Shown: piece after piece, positions 1 through 9,505 of the stretch
Layout of the letters: every line of letters begins with the position of its first letter
How positions within the stretch are numbered: position 1 is the stretch's first letter
Assembly (NCBI GenBank): GCA_963667175.2
Contig: CAXXXF010000007.1
Span: forward strand, 1-64,000
DNA from: Candidatus Latescibacterota bacterium
GTDB taxonomy: Bacteria; Latescibacterota; UBA2968; GCA-2709665
DNA length: 64,000 bases
Reading direction: 5' to 3'
Notes under the pieces: model-generated
Told to the model about the DNA's origin: nothing
The model's database searches: none
Seen by the model: the letters and a program-made list of their open reading frames with translations, nothing else
Program-made: the position numbers and the translations under genes

Positions 1-567
1 CGCCTCGCCGCGACGGGAGAAACCGCCGTTCCCACCCTCATGAAACGTGTGGTCGGCGGGTCCGAGTCCGTTCGGCGCACCGCGGCCTACGCCCTCAGCG
101 CGATCGGCGCGCCCGCGGTGCCGAGCATCATCGACGGGCTTGGCCGCGACACGGCCATGGCGGTTGAACTCCTGGCGGACGTCGGCAGGGGCGCCGTGGC
201 GGCCGTCCCGAGTCTGGTCGAGACGCTCAGGCACGAAGACGCCGAGATCCGCCGCTGGTCCGCGGAAGCCCTCGGAAATATTGGCCGTGCGGAACCGGCG
301 GCGGTTTCAGGATTGAAGAAACAGATGAAGGATACGGACGGGGACGTGCGCCGCACGGCCGCACTCGCCCTGGCAAAACTGGGACCGGCGGCCGAATCCG
401 CCGTTCCCGAACTGCGTGACGGGCTGGCGGACGCCAACCGTTACGCACGGGGCAACGCGGCCGAAGCGCTCAGACGAATCGGCACGCCCGCGGCGTTGAA
501 CACCCTCATCCCGGCGTTGGCCACGGCCCGCTGGTGCCCGGAAACGACGTCGGAGAGCACGTTTTAA
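1..567 (+). CDS. HEAT-repeat protein (5' end lies outside window)
   Basis: Frame open from base 1; repeated VRRxAAxAL-type HEAT motifs. Confidence 0.85.
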   Translation, partial: RLAATGETAVPTLMKRVVGGSESVRRTAAYALSAIGAPAVPSIIDGLGRDTAMAVELLADVGRGAVAAVPSLVETLRHEDAEIRRWSAEALGNIGRAEPAAVSGLKKQMKDTDGDVRRTAALALAKLGPAAESAVPELRDGLADANRYARGNAAEALRRIGTPAALNTLIPALATARWCPETTSESTF

Positions 568-640
568 AAACCCATCCGCTGCAGGGAAACATTACAAAAA
601 CTGCAGTTGGACGAAATTCAGAACGTCAACTGAAAATGAG

Positions 641-669
641 TTGACAAAATTAAAAGCTTCACTTATATT
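641..669 (+). promoter_or_regulatory. sigma70-type promoter
   Basis: TTGACA (641-646), 17-nt spacer, TATATT (664-669) upstream of the 702 ORF. Confidence 0.65.
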
Positions 670-701
670 TTCGCGAAAGAACCTCCCATCGAAACAGGGG
701 T

Positions 702-1400
702 TTGCCGGTTATGGAGATGAGCAAAGGCTGGAAACGGTTTCTCTTTGCGGCGGCCGGTGTGTTTTCAGCAGCGGGCGTTGCGGGGCTCCTGTTGCCGGAC
801 TATCGCGACCTTTCGCTTCTTTTCTTCTACAGCATTCCCTCCAACTCGTTCATTCCGTTCCCACACGAACCCGCGCTGGTTTATTTCGGCCGGTCATATC
901 ATCCCGCAACGGCTGCTCTTGCCGCCGTCGCCGGTACGATGATTGCCTGCTTCGTGGACTACCGGGCCGTTAATTTCGCTTATCGCTACGCCAGGATCCG
1001 GAGGACGCGCGAAAGCGACGTCTACAAGGGCGCGGTGCATTATTTCCTGAAAGCGCCCTTCTGTGCGATCTGGTTCGCGGCGCTGGCGCCGTTCATCCCG
1101 TTCTACATTTTCCGGATCCTCAGTCCCGCCAGCGGCTATCCGCTCCCTCGATACGTGGTCGCCGTGTTCCTCGGTCGATTTCCCAGGTACCTGCTCTTTG
1201 TCCTGATCGGCAACCTTCTGAATCTCACCCATCTCATGCTCGCCGGCGGGGCCGTGTTCTTCATCTGCGTTCTCCTCGGTTCACGGGTCAAATCCGCATT
1301 TGCCGCCCGCCACCGGCTTGTTCAACAGTCCGTCCCGGTCGAACGCTATACACTGGACGGCCTCGCTCTGGACGAAAAAACGGCCGTCGCCTCCGACTGA
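702..1400 (+). CDS. DedA/VTT-domain membrane protein (start may be a downstream ATG)
   Basis: Hydrophobic; PFPHEP and GRFPRY motifs typical of the VTT/DedA family. Confidence 0.7.
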   Translation: MPVMEMSKGWKRFLFAAAGVFSAAGVAGLLLPDYRDLSLLFFYSIPSNSFIPFPHEPALVYFGRSYHPATAALAAVAGTMIACFVDYRAVNFAYRYARIRRTRESDVYKGAVHYFLKAPFCAIWFAALAPFIPFYIFRILSPASGYPLPRYVVAVFLGRFPRYLLFVLIGNLLNLTHLMLAGGAVFFICVLLGSRVKSAFAARHRLVQQSVPVERYTLDGLALDEKTAVASD

Positions 1401-1448
1401 CCGTTTGCAGATCCGAATTCCGGAATGGCGCGCACACGGCCACGCGCG

Positions 1449-1886
1449 TCACCGCCAGAGCGCAATCACCATGACCTGCCCGATCAGCGCCACTCCGTTG
1501 TATCCCAGGCTGAGCCAGAACAGACCCGCCTTCCGTCCCTCGAAGGCCACCGACTGGTAGGCGACCGGGAGCACGAAGGCGATCAGCGCCATCAGCGCCA
1601 GGGGGAGTCCGACCATTGAATCGCCCCCGCTCCCCGGTAGAGAGGAGACGTCCTCCGGACCGCCCATGCCGGCGATCAGCTGGGCCAGAATGAACGCGGT
1701 GAGCAACGCAAGCACAAAACTCGCGCCGTACGTCTTCAGGGGATTGAAATCCTTGCGAATCTCCTCTTCGGTGGTCTCCATGGTTCCGAGCCAGCGCTTT
1801 CCGAACAACGGCCCGTACCAGATGGCGCCGACAACCATCGGGACGATACCGGCAATCAGCACAGCAAGATAATTCACCTCGTGCAT
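1449..1886 (-). CDS. DUF1761-like membrane protein
   Basis: VNYLAVLIA...GAIWYGPLFGKRW signature; GGAGG RBS. Confidence 0.8.
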   Translation of the reverse strand: MHEVNYLAVLIAGIVPMVVGAIWYGPLFGKRWLGTMETTEEEIRKDFNPLKTYGASFVLALLTAFILAQLIAGMGGPEDVSSLPGSGGDSMVGLPLALMALIAFVLPVAYQSVAFEGRKAGLFWLSLGYNGVALIGQVMVIALWR

Positions 1887-1988
1887 GGTTTCCTCCTCTA
1901 CGTCGGATTGAACTGCCGCCCCGCAACAGACCCGGACGCGGCGACAGTTGGATACGTCGTCGGGGACCGCCGCCGCGGGATTCCCTTT

Positions 1989-3789
1989 CTACTCCCACTC
2001 GACCGTACCCGGGGGTTTGTGCGTCACATCGTAGAATACCGCCTCGATACCCTCTTCAGAAAGAATCTCACGCGCGAGTCTTCGTACGAAATCGAAGGGA
2101 AGCGCGCAGAATCGCGCCGTCATGAAGTCTGGCGTCTCCACGGGTCTCAAGACCACGGTTTCCGCGATGCCGTCGGACGTCAACGGCAGCAGGACGGTGG
2201 GCATCTGGGACACCGTTTTCGACAGGCCTTCGCGCTCGAGCGCGCCCATCGCGAGCGCATCCACGTCTCTGAGCAGATCCAGGCGGGGCGGCGTCAGGAA
2301 AGCCCGTTTCAGTTTCAGTTCGGGAAGCGACGATGGCGCAAGCAGATAGACCACCCGGTTGATCTCCTGGATGGAATTCGTGATGCGGGTGGATACTTCC
2401 TCCAATGTCCCCCAATCTGCACCTCCCCAGACAACCGCCGGGTGCGCATAGGTACGGAAGTCTCCCTGGACGCCCACGCTCCGGAGCGGGAGGACGCGAA
2501 GCCCGAATCCGGCGCGGGCGGCGATTTCGCGGGCGGCTTCCTCGACGCCGGCGTTCGGCGTTCCGGCGCTGTCGCCCCGGGAGCAGAGGCAGCGCACAGA
2601 CAGTCCGGGACCGGGAAACGGCTGGCGCCAGACCAGGCGCGACGGCAGGCCCAGGGCGACCCCGAGTTCGCGCACCTCGTCCTTGTACAGATGCGCCAGC
2701 GGCTCAATGACCAGTCCGCGGGCGATCAGTTCCTCCACCACGTCCACCCGGTTGTGGTGCGTTTTGATCACCGCCGAATGTTCCGTACCGCCGGACTCGA
2801 TCGTATCCGGATAGAGCGTACCCTGCCCCAGCAGCCAGCCGTCCGAATCCAGGTTCATCCGGTCGAGCACGCGGTCCTTGACGTCGAGAAAGGCCCGGCC
2901 AACGGCCAGGCGTTTCTGTTCCGGCTCCACGATACCCTCCACACAGAGCAGAAAATCCTCCGAAGCGTCCTCCACGATCAGGTTCTCGAATCCCTCGTCC
3001 CGCAGCGCGGAGGCCACGCGGGCGGACTCTTCTTTCCTCATGAACCCGTTGTTGATATGCAGGCCAAGCACCCGCTTCGGACCGAGCGCCCGGTTGAACA
3101 ACGCGAAAGCCACACTCGAGTCCACACCGCCCGAAACCAGCAGAAACACGCGTTTTCGCCCAACCTGCTCCCGAATCTCTTCCCATCGCCGTTTCCGCGT
3201 AGCAGGCCATGGTCCAGGTGCGCGGCGCGGCGCAGATATCCAGGAAATTGTCCAGGATATCCATTCCGCGGACCGTGTGCGCAACCTCAGGGTGAAATTG
3301 CAGTCCGTACAGGTTGCGCCGAACGTCGCCGACGGCGGCCGTTGCGCAGTCGTCCGTGGAACCCAGCACCTCGAATCCCTCGGGCAGGCGGCTGGCCACG
3401 TCGCCGTGGCTCATCCACACCACCTGAGACGGCGCCATGCCCGCGAACAGGCCGGTACTTGACCGAATGCGCAGTTCCGCCGAACCGTACTCGCGGATCT
3501 TTCCACGGGCAACCTCGCCCCCCATTTCCCGGCAGACCAGCTGGTGGCCGTAACAGAGCCCGAGGACGGGCAACCCGGAATTCAGGTGCGCGGAATTGAA
3601 CGCCGGCTGATCCGGATCGTAGACGCTTGCGGGCCCCCCCGATAAAATCAGGCCGGCAAATCCGTCGACCGCGGAAATGTCCGCGTCGGGCCGGAAGACT
3701 TCCGAATAGACCTGAAGCCGGCGGATCCGATTGGCGATCAGATGGGCGTATTGACCGCCGAAATCCAGAACGGCGATGCCGTTCTGCAT
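1989..3789 (-). pseudogene. guaA: GMP synthase (glutamine-hydrolysing), long form, split by one frameshift near 3183 (real or sequencing error)
   Basis: GATase half (LDFGGQY, GLCYGHQ, LQFHPE) in ORF 2704-3789; ATPPase half (SGGVDSSV, IKTHHN, KPPGTVEWE) in ORF 1989-3284. Confidence 0.9.
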
Positions 3790-3816
3790 GTGTGCTCCTC
3801 CATGCGGCAGCGCGGT

Positions 3817-4020
3817 TCACTGCCTTGTCTTGACAATCTCCCTGAGGAAATCCTCCGCCGAAAACTCGTTGCATCCCGTGGCTTCGATCAGGAGGTCCAG
3901 GATCTCACGTCGTTTGCGCCGGTCGTATATCAGGTCTTCAAACACTTCTCTGGATTTCCGGCGCCCCAGGGACTGTTCGATTTCTCCGGGTGTCATCCAC
4001 AGGCCGCCCGTTGCAGACAT
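3817..4020 (-). CDS. small hypothetical protein
   Basis: 67 aa, AGGAGGA RBS, co-oriented upstream of guaA. Confidence 0.6.
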   Translation of the reverse strand: MSATGGLWMTPGEIEQSLGRRKSREVFEDLIYDRRKRREILDLLIEATGCNEFSAEDFLREIVKTRQ

Positions 4021-4407
4021 TCCGCTATCCTCCTGTTTTAAACAGGCTTAATTCTGTTCCAATGAACCGAAAATAAACGAACTCCGGCCCTGTGTCAACC
4101 CGTAATGACGGTCCGCTCATCGCCGGATCCCGGCGCCACGACGTTTCATAGAAACCCCATCGATGACGGAAACCCGACCTCGTCGTTTCCGTTCGCACCG
4201 ATGGATTTGCGCCGGCGAGGGAAAGCATGCAGCCCGTTCCGCGGACGCGCATTGACGCCACGACGTTCGCGTCTCCGGCTGCATGCGTCCGCCCGGTTGC
4301 CAGGAGCGGAAAAAATGAGTACACTACGTCTCCCGTCCCGATAACAGGTTGCCTGGACACGGGACAGAACCTGAGCTCCGTTGTGCATTCCCACGTGAGT
4401 GATCCGG

Positions 4408-4821
4408 ATGGCCGTAGAGGATCTGCCAACCTTCAATGCGATATTCAATACGGTCGGCGCATGCTTTCTGCTGCTGGGTTACCTGCGGATCAGGCGTGGC
4501 TACGTCCGGCAACACCGGCGGATGATGCTCTTCGCCCTGGTCTGCTCGGGGCTGTTTCTGACGTCGTACCTTGTCTATCACGTCCAGGTCGGTTCGGTGC
4601 CCTATCCGCACCACGACTGGACCCGCGGCATCTACTTCGCCATCCTGATTCCGCACGTTGTCCTGGCGGCTCTGAACGCGCCGTTTGTCCTCGCGGTCGT
4701 ATGGCTTGCCCTGCGCGGGCGGTTCGATGCCCACCGGCGCCTCGCGCGGTGGGTGTGGCCGGTCTGGATGTTCGTCTGCATCAGCGGCGTGTTCATCTAC
4801 GTTATGCTTTACCGACTGTAA
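4408..4821 (+). CDS. DUF420 membrane protein
   Basis: LPTFNAIFN, HRRMM, FLTSYLVYH and HRRLARW motifs. Confidence 0.85.
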   Translation: MAVEDLPTFNAIFNTVGACFLLLGYLRIRRGYVRQHRRMMLFALVCSGLFLTSYLVYHVQVGSVPYPHHDWTRGIYFAILIPHVVLAALNAPFVLAVVWLALRGRFDAHRRLARWVWPVWMFVCISGVFIYVMLYRL

Positions 4822-4845
4822 CTGTAAGAGACGAGGAGGCATCCC

Positions 4846-5742
4846 ATGACCGTACTCGTAACGGGTTCGTCCGGGCTGGTCGGCTCAGCACTCATTCCCA
4901 ACCTCGACGCCGGCGGCCACCGCGTATTCAGGCTGGTTCGCGGAAGCCCGCAAGGCGACGTGGAGCGTCGGTGGGATCCGGAAAGGGGAGAACTCGACGC
5001 TGCCAGCCTGGATGGCGTTCAGGCCGTCGTTCATCTTGCCGGCGAAAACATCGCCTCGGGCCGGTGGAACGACGCAAAGAAAGACAGAATCCGCAGCAGC
5101 CGGGAGGATGGCACACGGCTTCTGGCGCAAGGCCTTGCGGAACTTCAGACGCCTCCCGGCGTGCTGATCTGCGCGTCGGCCGTCGGTTACTACGGAAACC
5201 GCGGCGAGGAGATCCTCAACGAGGAGAGTGCGCCGGGCGACGACTTCCTGGCGGAGACGTGCCTCGCCTGGGAGCAGGCCGCGCGGCCCGCGGCGGACGC
5301 GGGCATACGTACGGTGTACCTGCGCATCGGAATCGTGCTCAGCGCCGACGGCGGCGCGCTGGCCAAAATGCTGTTCCCGTTCAAAATGGGCGCAGGAGGC
5401 GTAATCGGCAGCGGGAATCAGTATATGAGCTGGGTCACGCTGAGCGATCTGGTGGGAATCGTCGACCACGCGCTCAACACGGAAACGCTCCAGGGCCCAG
5501 TCAACGCGGTGTCGCCGGCGCCGGTCACCAACAGGGAATTCACCAGAGCGCTGGGGGGCGTCCTCTCCCGACCAACGCTCCTCCCCATGCCGGCCTTCGC
5601 CGCCCGGCTGGCTTTCGGGGAAATGGCGGATGCCCTGCTGCTGTCGAGCACCCGCGTTCTGCCCGCCCGGCTCCAGGAGTCCGGTTATGACTTCCAACAC
5701 CCCCAACTGAACGACGCGCTTCGGCATGTACTGACGCGGTAG
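4846..5742 (+). CDS. TIGR01777/YfcH-family NAD-dependent epimerase-like protein
   Basis: TGSSGLVG Rossmann motif, HLAGENIA, SAVGYYG. Confidence 0.9.
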   Translation: MTVLVTGSSGLVGSALIPNLDAGGHRVFRLVRGSPQGDVERRWDPERGELDAASLDGVQAVVHLAGENIASGRWNDAKKDRIRSSREDGTRLLAQGLAELQTPPGVLICASAVGYYGNRGEEILNEESAPGDDFLAETCLAWEQAARPAADAGIRTVYLRIGIVLSADGGALAKMLFPFKMGAGGVIGSGNQYMSWVTLSDLVGIVDHALNTETLQGPVNAVSPAPVTNREFTRALGGVLSRPTLLPMPAFAARLAFGEMADALLLSSTRVLPARLQESGYDFQHPQLNDALRHVLTR

Positions 5743-5766
5743 ACCGGGCGTAAGATCAACGACCCT

Positions 5767-7113
5767 CTACGCAATGCCGTTTAACCGGCACACGACGTCG
5801 AACAGCACCTGCACCCCGAACCGCACATTCGCGACGGAGACCCGTTCGTCGTGGCCGTGGCACAGTTCGAAATAGGCCTCACCCGCTTCGTGCCGCATGG
5901 GGATGAATCCGTACACGTGGATATCCCGGTCCTGAAGAAACCGCGCGTCCGTGCCGCCCGTCTGCATGTACGGGACCACGGCGCCATCGGGATCGAACCG
6001 GGCGACCGACGCCTGGATGGCGTCCAGCAGGGGTGTGCGATGGTCGAATTCGGCGCCGGGCCTGAAGGTTTTTTCCAGTTCGAGCGCCACGCTCTCGCCC
6101 GCAAGGGCGCGAATTTCACGGACAAATCGCGCCTCGTCCACACCCGGCAACGGCCTGCCGCTCAATCGCGCGACGGCTTCGGAGGGAATCACGTTTCGCT
6201 TCACCCCGGCCTCGAGAATGGTCGGCGCGCACGTGTTGCGCACCATGGCGTCGAACATCAGCCGGGTGGGCTCGTCAACCGGCAGGGCTGACAACGCCGT
6301 ATCGCAACGCTGGGGATCCAGAACGTCCAGAAGCAGGCCCGCGACCTCGCCCCGGACCTGCGCGGCCGCTGCGCCTTCGAAGAACGCCCGAACCCCGGCC
6401 GTCACGCGGTGCGGCATCTTCTCGCCGCTCATTCTGGTAAGGGCCCCGGCCAGGTGGAAAACCGCGTTGTCGCGGTGAGGCACGGAGCTGTGCCCCGGCT
6501 GCCCGCGCGCCACCAGATTCACCTCGGCGCTCCCCTTTTCGGCCACCTGGCACGTATATACGGGCCGGCCGTCGATCATCAGCGCAAATCCGCCGCCCTC
6601 GTTGATGCCGTATTCGGCGTCGAACACATCCGGGTGGTTTGCCGCAAGCCACCGTACTCCGTGCGCCCCCCCGAGTTCCTCGTCCGCGGCCGCCACCAGA
6701 ACCAGGTCACGCTTCAGCGCAAGTCCCAGGCGCCTGCACATCAGGAGGACCTGTATTCCCACGGCCGTCGTCAGCTTGGAATCGATCGCGCCGCGTCCCC
6801 ACACGTAGCCCGCGTCCACCGTGCCGCCGAACGGATCCCGCGTCCATTTCGCAGGCTCCGCGGGGACCACGTCGATATGCGAGAGCAGCAGCAGCGGGCG
6901 TTCGGATCCATCGCCCTCGAGACGCACGACCAGGTTCCCCCGCCCCGGCGCCGATTCCAGGACGCGGGGCGCGAGCCCCTCCCCGGTCAGCGCTCCGGCA
7001 ATGTCCCGCGCCAGGGGCAGTTCGTTCCCCGGCGGGTTCGTGGTGTCGAATCTGAGCAGCCTGCCAAGCCAGTCCACTGCCTCCCGGCCCGCCGCATCCC
7101 AATCCACGGTCAT
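5767..7113 (-). CDS. M20/M25/M40 metallopeptidase
   Basis: SHIDVVP, GRGAID, ADEE, GGTDAR, HGHDER metal motifs. Confidence 0.9.
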   Translation of the reverse strand: MTVDWDAAGREAVDWLGRLLRFDTTNPPGNELPLARDIAGALTGEGLAPRVLESAPGRGNLVVRLEGDGSERPLLLLSHIDVVPAEPAKWTRDPFGGTVDAGYVWGRGAIDSKLTTAVGIQVLLMCRRLGLALKRDLVLVAAADEELGGAHGVRWLAANHPDVFDAEYGINEGGGFALMIDGRPVYTCQVAEKGSAEVNLVARGQPGHSSVPHRDNAVFHLAGALTRMSGEKMPHRVTAGVRAFFEGAAAAQVRGEVAGLLLDVLDPQRCDTALSALPVDEPTRLMFDAMVRNTCAPTILEAGVKRNVIPSEAVARLSGRPLPGVDEARFVREIRALAGESVALELEKTFRPGAEFDHRTPLLDAIQASVARFDPDGAVVPYMQTGGTDARFLQDRDIHVYGFIPMRHEAGEAYFELCHGHDERVSVANVRFGVQVLFDVVCRLNGIA

Positions 7114-7219
7114 CGCTGAATCTCCCGGTATTCGTCAGCCTCCGCAAACGGGCTCGATCGCCCGCTCAATGCGCGCGCCGGTGTTTGAATCCGCGTCCGA
7201 TTCCCGGCCCGTCGCCCTG

Positions 7220-8419
7220 TCAAGCCAGCAATTCTCCGAGTCTCTTTCCGATGGCCTCCACGTCCCCGTCTCGCAGACACATGGGACCGAACCCCAATAC
7301 ACCCTCGTACACTTCAGCCGTATTGCAATGAATGCCCGGTTCGCCCTCGATGAGCCGCCGTGCAAGCTCCAGGCCCGAAATGCCCGCGGCCGTTTCGTCG
7401 ATCTCAAGTCGCAAGCCGGGCACCGGCCTGCCAGAATCGATCGACGCGGTTACCCGTACATTCGGCAACGTCTCAAGTGCCTGCGCGAGGCTCTGAATGA
7501 CAGCCGACCATCGGGCGTGGCGCGCCTCGTCCCCCTCGGCGACGAACAGCCTGAGCGCCGTAATAAGCCCCACGATCTCCTCCTTGCCCACCTTGCACGG
7601 TCGCCCGAGCCCGTGCTGGGGCGCGCCCGGCAGGCGGCTCTTATCGATCAGCGACGGCGGCGGATTCCAGAGGTCGTAAAACACGTCCTGGTCCAGGTGC
7701 TGCAGTGCGACGGCCGATACCAGATCTTTCCGTCCGCACAGAATCCCCGAACTCTGCGGCCCGCGGATGGTCTTTCCCCCGCTGAAACAGACGACGTCCG
7801 CCCCGGCTTCGACAAAGCGCTGGAGGTTCGACTGAGGCGGAAGCTGTCCTGCGGCGTCCACCACGACCGGCACACCCCGGTCGTGGGCCGCTTTCACGAC
7901 GTCCGCCAGTTCCGGGCGCGCCCGTGCGTTCATCACGTATGCAACCGCCGCGGTCCGGTCGGTCATCGCGTCGGCGACCTCCCAGGCCTCCGTATCCCGC
8001 ACCCCCGCGCCGCTATAACGGTCGGAAATCCCCACCTCGACGAGCTTCACGCCCACCGCCCGGATGGCGTGGTCATAGAAATTCCGGTGGCTTCTCGGAA
8101 TGATCACCTCGTCCTTCATGCCCTCGGTGTCCGGCAGCCGGTTCATCCTGCCCGGATCCAGCCCGGTCACGCAGGCCGCCACGCCCAGCATGATGCCCGC
8201 CGCGGCGCCCGACGTGACGTACCCGGACTCGGCGCCCGTGACGTCGGCAATGGCCCGGCCCGCCCAGGCCTGCAGTTCCGCGATATCCACGCAATGTTGA
8301 GAGGCGTCCGCCATCGCCTGCGCCACCTCCACGGGGAGGATCGACCCGCTCAACCGGGTGGACGGCCCGGACGCATTGATGATGGTACGAATTCCCAGGC
8401 GTTCATAGACGCTGCTCAT
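7220..8419 (-). CDS. SelA/DgaE-like PLP-dependent enzyme
   Basis: INASG, VTSGAAAG, VDAA, FSGGK(PLP)xxRGPQ, KVGKEEI motifs. Confidence 0.8.
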   Translation of the reverse strand: MSSVYERLGIRTIINASGPSTRLSGSILPVEVAQAMADASQHCVDIAELQAWAGRAIADVTGAESGYVTSGAAAGIMLGVAACVTGLDPGRMNRLPDTEGMKDEVIIPRSHRNFYDHAIRAVGVKLVEVGISDRYSGAGVRDTEAWEVADAMTDRTAAVAYVMNARARPELADVVKAAHDRGVPVVVDAAGQLPPQSNLQRFVEAGADVVCFSGGKTIRGPQSSGILCGRKDLVSAVALQHLDQDVFYDLWNPPPSLIDKSRLPGAPQHGLGRPCKVGKEEIVGLITALRLFVAEGDEARHARWSAVIQSLAQALETLPNVRVTASIDSGRPVPGLRLEIDETAAGISGLELARRLIEGEPGIHCNTAEVYEGVLGFGPMCLRDGDVEAIGKRLGELLA

Positions 8420-8633
8420 CCACCACCTCCTGGACGCTGATCCGGCACACCCAAATGAAAAAAGCGAATGCAATCCCGCTTTCCACTACCCGAAAGGAAC
8501 GTCAATATCAACCGACGTCTACACCCTGTCAAGCCAAAACCTTTCCGTATCAAAACCACTTGTAAACCGGCGGAGGGCTGTTTACATTCAGGTCGCCGCC
8601 AATCGCGCCGACACGGGTCCGGGGGATCCCGAG

Positions 8634-9398
8634 ATGGAAGTCCTCGAACATACCACCAATGCCTTCAACGGTATTGTCATCAGCTCCGAATGCCTTCCCT
8701 CAGCCAGGGAGACGTTCAGCCATCGCCTCTCAACGTCCCTTGAAATCTGGAAGAAGAGAGGTTGCCAGCTTGTCTGGCTGGAGGTTCCCATAGGCAAATC
8801 GGAATTCATTCCCGTCGCGGTGCAGGCGGGGTTCTCGTTTCACCACAGCGGCGAGACCTATCTCATGTTGACACGCCCGCTGGTCGAGCACGCGTTCATC
8901 CCCGGTTTCGCCACCCACTATATAGGCGCGGGCGGGGTGGTCATCAGCGAAGACGATGAGGTCCTGGTCGTCTGCGAAAAACACCGCGGGAGCAGCAGGC
9001 CTTACTACAAGCTGCCCGGGGGCGCGCTGCATCCGGGCGAACACCTGGCCGAGGCCGTCGTCCGTGAAATCCTGGAAGAAACGGGTGTCCGGACGACGTT
9101 CGAAGCGATGGTTTGTTTCCGCCACTGGCACGGCTACCGCCACGACAAGTCCGACATCTACTTCGTCTGCCGCCTCAAGCCGCTCACGTACGACATCGTT
9201 CTTCAACCCGAAGAAATCGAAGAATGTCTCTGGATGCCCGTTGAAGAATACCTGACGTCGGACTACGTACATCACTTCAACCGCCAGATCGTCAGGGCGG
9301 CGCTCACCAGTCCGGGCGTCGTTCTCAGCGACGTGGAAGGATACAGCGACGGCAGGCGAAGGGAGATCTTCATGCCGCCGGGGCTGGACGGGGCCTGA
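8634..9398 (+). CDS. Nudix hydrolase with N-terminal pre-Nudix domain
   Basis: Nudix box GGALHPGEHLAEAVVREILEETGV; GFSFHH pre-Nudix motif. Confidence 0.9.
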   Translation: MEVLEHTTNAFNGIVISSECLPSARETFSHRLSTSLEIWKKRGCQLVWLEVPIGKSEFIPVAVQAGFSFHHSGETYLMLTRPLVEHAFIPGFATHYIGAGGVVISEDDEVLVVCEKHRGSSRPYYKLPGGALHPGEHLAEAVVREILEETGVRTTFEAMVCFRHWHGYRHDKSDIYFVCRLKPLTYDIVLQPEEIEECLWMPVEEYLTSDYVHHFNRQIVRAALTSPGVVLSDVEGYSDGRRREIFMPPGLDGA

Positions 9399-9505
9399 CC
9401 GGCGCTGGCCGTCCAACCCAGGAATCAGCCGAACTGATTCGCATCTGATCGGCGACCCTTCGAACCGACGCGCGCGGCGATCCACTGGCAGAAAGCACGC
9501 ATCAT

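Noticed and set aside
3182-3184. Programmed frameshift in guaA
   Set aside because: No slippery heptamer or known recoding in this family; a single-base error is simpler
1881-3599. Long plus-strand ORF (and similar ones such as 4227-5690, 6821-8440, 28962-30143)
   Set aside because: Antisense or off-frame shadows of well-supported genes, expected in high-GC DNA
7220-8419. Selenocysteine synthase selA
   Set aside because: Lacks SelA-specific N-terminus; motifs fit the SelA-like/DgaE family; no selB or selC nearby
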